The position numbers and the translations under genes are program-made. A stretch of DNA of 64,000 bases from NCBI GenBank assembly GCA_964016885.1, contig OZ024747.1, positions 71,238,001 through 71,302,000 of the forward strand, written 5' to 3'. Below the pieces are notes generated by a model, which searched no databases, was not told the DNA's origin, and saw nothing but the letters and a program-made list of their open reading frames with translations. Each line of letters opens with the position of its first letter. Positions within the stretch are counted from its first letter, which is position 1. The DNA is from Eledone cirrhosa (lineage: Eukaryota). This document shows, in pieces, positions 59,579 through 64,000 of the stretch.

Positions 59579-61675
59579 TTACCGTACTTTTGGTAGAGGA
59601 GGGATGGTTTTTACATCCCTTTTCACTTGATCGTCTGGTGAAGGGACCGTTGAATCGTCCCTTCGGCTGGTCGTCGGCTCTTCTAAGAGAATGTCTGAGT
59701 ATACTCTTCGATTGATGGTTCCTCCTAGGTCCCTGAAATCACCAACTGCGTTGGGGAATTTCGTTTTAATATTTGTGTATTGTTTCTGTGCTATTTTTAG
59801 CAGTCTTATGTTAGTTGGCGTTTTGATTGGTGCTGGTATTATGTAGTCCTGTTGTGAAATGTCTGTGTGTTCAATTATGTAAGTCATTAGTTTCTTGTTG
59901 TGTGTATTTATTGCCGTGCATTTGTTTTTCTGGGGGTGGGGTGTGGTTCTGCTATTTTCTTGTCGTTGTTGCTGGGTGTGTGTGTTTTGTTGTTGTGTTT
60001 GCGATGTTGGTGCTTGTGGTGGTGGTGTTGAAGGTGTTGTTGGCGGTGGGGTTGTCGCCGGTGGTGATGGTGGCGCTAGTGTGGGTGGTGATGGTGTTGG
60101 TGTTGTTGCTGCTGTGGGTCTCTTTGCAGTAGACTTTACCCTTTTCTCATTTCTTTCCTCACTTTTCAAAGGCGACGATGCGCTGCTTCTGCGTTTGTGC
60201 CTTCTTACGACCTTTTGCCATCTCTCTCCCACCTCACACTCCATGTCTGATTCTGTGAGGTCGGGGAGGGGTACCAACTCCACTCTTTCACTTGTTGTTG
60301 TTGGTGATGTTTGCACTGGAGTCTCTGTTGCAGCTGCATTTGGTATTGCTGTTGTTGTTGTTAGTATTTCCACTGCTGCTGCTGTTTTTGATTTCCGTGG
60401 AGTGGGTATGGGTGCCACGGGCCTATCGTTCCTGGTTGCCGCTTGTCCTGTTGCTGGTAGCCGTGGAGCCGGATTCGGAAGGAGGGGGGTTTTCTCCTTT
60501 CTCAGGGTCTTCTCGTTGCAGAAGGCCCTGAGGTGAGTCTTCGATCCACAGCGAAAGCATTTCGGGCGTTTGCCCTCAACACTTATGGGCAGTTGAGTGC
60601 CGTTATCGAAGTCTATCACATCCGGGATAGCTTCGATGCACTCCTGGTTGGTTTGGATTAGCATCTCAATGGAGGAGCCGACCCAATCTTCTCTTACTTT
60701 TTTCTGTACTTGCAGTACAGTTGTTTTGTCCTCGATTCCGACGAGGACAGACGCGGCCAGCCAAGAAGGGGTCATTCCGGGGGGGACGTGGGTCAGTTTG
60801 ACCCTCACAATTTTTTGCCCGCAGTAGGAGGGCACCAACACCATTTCCTCGCTCCTTAGGGTCACTACTGATTGAGCCTTTGCCTCCTGGGGTGTGGCAA
60901 AAAGTACGTCTACGGTGGCGTATTTTTTGCCTCGGGTGATGTGCGTTTTCCTCTGCCACACAGACCCCAAGGCTTTTTGTATTTGGGCCTCTGTGGCTCT
61001 TTCCACCCTACGGGATTTTGTACTTACTGTACGGTACGTGACCGTACAGTGCTCTTGGGTTTCGAAAAAATTTTTCGCTGCCTTGCAGATTGCTCGGTGT
61101 CCGTTCTTTGTCACCATCTTCTTCGCTTCCTCTAATTCCTCATTTGTTATGAGGATTGTTTCCAGGTTTTTCGCAATACCTGCAAATGAGATTGGTTTTT
61201 CTCTGCTGTTGTTGTTGTCGTCAGAGCTGCTGGTACTTTTGTTGTTGCTGCAGGTACTACGACTACTGCCTCCGCCGCTGTTGCTGTGGTTGTTGTTGGT
61301 GTTGCTGCTGCTAATGCTGTTGTTGTTTATGCTGCTGGTGATGCTGTTGCGGCTGCTACTGTTGTTTTCATTGTCACTGTTGCTGTTGTTATTACGGCTG
61401 CTACTGCTATTATTCCTGACGTCAGACGAATGAACTGGGTTTTCGTATTTCCCGCACACCTGTTTCGTCGCTGTCGTCGTCGTCGTGGAGAAACCTTGCA
61501 CGCTTTGCACGAGACTTTTCTTTTCTTTCGTCACTTGCGAAAGAGAAGGGAGGGAGAGAGACACATTTAAAGAAGGGAGGGAGAGAGACAATCTTCTCTC
61601 TGCTGTAGTGATGATTGAGGAAGAAGAAGACGGAATGAGTGGGAGTGACGTATGAAATTTCTTTTTCGTAGCCAT
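59579..61675 (-). CDS. LINE ORF1, 698 aa
   Basis: Same as copy 2. Confidence 0.92.
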   Translation of the reverse strand: MATKKKFHTSLPLIPSSSSSIITTAERRLSLSLPSLNVSLSLPSLSQVTKEKKSLVQSVQGFSTTTTTATKQVCGKYENPVHSSDVRNNSSSSRNNNSNSDNENNSSSRNSITSSINNNSISSSNTNNNHSNSGGGSSRSTCSNNKSTSSSDDNNNSREKPISFAGIAKNLETILITNEELEEAKKMVTKNGHRAICKAAKNFFETQEHCTVTYRTVSTKSRRVERATEAQIQKALGSVWQRKTHITRGKKYATVDVLFATPQEAKAQSVVTLRSEEMVLVPSYCGQKIVRVKLTHVPPGMTPSWLAASVLVGIEDKTTVLQVQKKVREDWVGSSIEMLIQTNQECIEAIPDVIDFDNGTQLPISVEGKRPKCFRCGSKTHLRAFCNEKTLRKEKTPLLPNPAPRLPATGQAATRNDRPVAPIPTPRKSKTAAAVEILTTTTAIPNAAATETPVQTSPTTTSERVELVPLPDLTESDMECEVGERWQKVVRRHKRRSSASSPLKSEERNEKRVKSTAKRPTAATTPTPSPPTLAPPSPPATTPPPTTPSTPPPQAPTSQTQQQNTHTQQQRQENSRTTPHPQKNKCTAINTHNKKLMTYIIEHTDISQQDYIIPAPIKTPTNIRLLKIAQKQYTNIKTKFPNAVGDFRDLGGTINRRVYSDILLEEPTTSRRDDSTVPSPDDQVKRDVKTIPPLPKVR

Positions 61676-61890
61676 GTTGTTTTTTGTTTAAAATGAAATT
61701 TTGGGTACAAAACCCCAATAACTGGTTATTTAACCCCGAAGGGCCAAATAACGGACAGAAAGACCCCTCTCACGAGGAGGAGGGTGTCTTTATAAACAAT
61801 TTGGTTCAAGTTTTAAACAATTTACAATTGTTTTAACGGTTAAAAATTACTATACCTTACAGAGCCGAGCCTCCGTCAACCATGGCATTC

Positions 61891-61926
<36 letters not shown>

Positions 61927-61950
61927 AAAAATAAAAAAATTGAAAAAGAA

Positions 61951-61981
<31 letters not shown>

Positions 61982-62108
61982 CATACATATATACATACAC
62001 ACATACATACACATACACACACACATATACACACACACATACATTAATAACGATACTAATAATAATAATAATAATAGCAATAATAATAATAACGACAACA
62101 ACAATAAT

Positions 62109-64000
62109 GATTTCTTTATTAACCACAAGGGTTTACATAAAGTAGACATTAAGGACAGTGCAGGACAATGCAGGACGGTACAAATGGGCATTTCTGCGTG
62201 TAAAAAAAACAAAAACAGAGGATGTAACAAAAATAACAATGAAAATAACAATGAAAAATTCCCCAATAGGGGGGAGACTTCGGAGGGACATTTGTGGAGA
62301 AAGCCCAGTAAAAAGCCACAATGACCCTGACCACCAAGGCAAGTGCCCTCTCCCAGTTTTCCACCTTTAGTTTACAGATATATACTCAGAGTCGGCCCAT
62401 TCACTCGGGCCATTCTTGCTTCTCTCACCCATCTTTCAACAAAATGCTGGGAAGAGAGCACTTCCTTCTCTACTCTGATTTTCCTTTTCAAATGAAATTT
62501 GAAAAAGTCAATCAGAGCATCACCGAAGAGGTAAGTGCTCGTCTTCAGCCCTTTCAAACGTGTCCACCATACTATCTCTTTCGCCATGGCCACCAGACAG
62601 ATAAAAACTGCCTGCCCTTCCCGGCTAAAGGAGGAGGGCGGGGCAATCCTCACGATAGACTCAGATGATAGCTGGATCCGTCCTAAACGCGACAGCAGGT
62701 GTTCGACATAAACCCACAAGTCAGCAATTTTCGGACACTGGACGAGTGCGTGCAGGACGGTTTCGTCGCCCTGCGCGCATCTCGGACATGCCCGGCTGAC
62801 GGCACCTCCATGCCTGTAGAGTTTATCCCGAACTGGCAAGGCTCCTCGGTAGCACTGCCAGGCCAGAGATTTCTGGAAGTTGTCCATAGGCCCTGGCCCG
62901 AAAGTTCTTCCGAAGAGATTGGCTAGTTGATTTTCGTCGACGCCTAGAGTTTCCCCAAGTACGTCGTCGCTCTTCCCCTCCACTAATCCTCTATAGAACG
63001 CCGAGGTGGAGTTTCCACCGATCACATTGCCCGATTGGTCGAGGGCTGTGAGCGCCTGAAGACATTCCAGTCTCCAGGCGCTCCCTCTCGGTCTTCGCTT
63101 GACCCAGGACTGCAGCTCCGTCAAGGAAACGAGCTGGGGAAAAACGCGTCTAGCAAACGGCGACCACACCTGATCACCGTCGAGGAAGAGGTGGAGATGT
63201 CGTAGCCTGAGCGCGTGCCTGCGCATCATCAGCCACGGCATGCCCAGCCCTCCACGTAGCGGGTGTTGACAACAGATGGACCGCCTGACCATCGGAGCAC
63301 GTCCCTTCCACAAAAAGCGAAAGAGCAAACGCTCCAGCGCAGTCAGGCGAGGCTTAGGACAAGGTACGACGGTTAGGCGGTAGCAGATGACAGACGCGAT
63401 GTACGCGTTAGCCACCTCCGCTCGACCTTTCAGGGATAGCTTCCTCTCCGCCCATTTCTGGGTGAGAGAAGCCACCCTGCTCGTCACCTCGTCCCAGTTT
63501 TTGTCCGTCTGGAGGTCCGGACCGAACCAGACCCCTAGCAATTTAACCGGTCCGTCCGTCCAGCGCCCGACGACGCTGTTGGACGGCATGGACCTGCCTC
63601 TCCAGGTGCCGAGCTGCAGGCCCACTGACTTTTCCTGGTTGATCATTGCTCCTGTCACCGCTTCGTATTCTCTTAGTGTAGTGCCGATCGCCTCGATGTG
63701 TTTGGCGTTCGACACCACTACGGTGACATCGTCCGCATATGCTGACACGGATCTTCCGCATCCTAGTTCGCGCGGGACTCCCCTCAACGTCTCCAGTTTG
63801 TGCAGTAATGGCTCGAGAGTCAATACGTACAAGAGGGACGAGAGGGGACATCCTTGGCGGACCGAGCGCATGATGTTGAACGGTTCCGACAGGTGACCGT
63901 TCACTCTCACCACAGAGCAGATGTCGCTGTGCATGGCAGCGATCCAGCCTCTGAAGACGGGCCCAAAGCCAGCCGCCCTCAGGACTGCCGCTAGGTAACG
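62109..64000 (-). mobile_element. Tx1/L1-clade LINE, array copy 5 (cut by the window edge)
   Basis: 3' UTR plus the 3' half of ORF2. Confidence 0.95.
62372..64000 (-). CDS. LINE ORF2, C-terminal part (partial)
   Basis: RQGCPLS, YADD and C-terminal CCHC; continues past the window. Confidence 0.93.
   Translation of the reverse strand, partial: RYLAAVLRAAGFGPVFRGWIAAMHSDICSVVRVNGHLSEPFNIMRSVRQGCPLSSLLYVLTLEPLLHKLETLRGVPRELGCGRSVSAYADDVTVVVSNAKHIEAIGTTLREYEAVTGAMINQEKSVGLQLGTWRGRSMPSNSVVGRWTDGPVKLLGVWFGPDLQTDKNWDEVTSRVASLTQKWAERKLSLKGRAEVANAYIASVICYRLTVVPCPKPRLTALERLLFRFLWKGRAPMVRRSICCQHPLRGGLGMPWLMMRRHALRLRHLHLFLDGDQVWSPFARRVFPQLVSLTELQSWVKRRPRGSAWRLECLQALTALDQSGNVIGGNSTSAFYRGLVEGKSDDVLGETLGVDENQLANLFGRTFGPGPMDNFQKSLAWQCYRGALPVRDKLYRHGGAVSRACPRCAQGDETVLHALVQCPKIADLWVYVEHLLSRLGRIQLSSESIVRIAPPSSFSREGQAVFICLVAMAKEIVWWTRLKGLKTSTYLFGDALIDFFKFHLKRKIRVEKEVLSSQHFVERWVREARMARVNGPTLSIYL

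Larger units (their letters stand above)
55861..61890 (-). mobile_element. Full-length Tx1/L1-clade LINE, array copy 4 (intact)
   Basis: ORFs offset 6227 bp from copy 3. Confidence 0.96.

Noticed and set aside
43408-61890. Array as a pure assembly duplication
   Set aside because: Copies differ by SNPs and spacer lengths, so it is not a verbatim duplication, although copy number still needs read confirmation.
38465-63896. Repeated plus-strand ORFs (169, 213, 179-182 aa and others) inside the Tx1 units
   Set aside because: Antisense shadows of ORF1/ORF2 with no domain motifs; they recur only because the units are near-identical.

Overview
Eukaryotic, AT-rich, microsatellite-dense DNA with no recognisable host gene. 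The SINE and LINE repertoire suggests a cephalopod (octopus-like) genome; this is inference. The window is almost entirely transposable elements. (i) 37.2-64 kb: a head-to-tail array of at least 5 near-identical Tx1/L1-clade LINEs on the minus strand (unit about 6.23 kb; ORF1 with a CCHC knuckle, ORF2 with APE-RT-CCHC), three with both ORFs intact, joined by a conserved composite microsatellite spacer. (ii) 16.6-30.2 kb: a head-to-tail stack of Dong/R4-clade RT-RLE elements in (TAA)n, one with an intact 1130-aa ORF. (iii) Two degenerate Tx1 copies stacked in (GATA)n. (iv) RTE-derived short elements stacked in (ATGT)n, one with a twin-priming-type inversion. (v) (TA)n-flanked palindromes and minimal hammerhead motifs (Penelope-like). 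(vi) A Chapaev3-like DNA transposon with TIRs and a TAA TSD, a CRE-like 3' fragment and tRNA-derived SINEs. The unifying pattern is that each retroelement family ends in, and stacks within, its own microsatellite. The polarised intact Tx1 array could be either a DNA-level tandem amplification or a HeT-A/TART-like terminal array; the window alone cannot decide.
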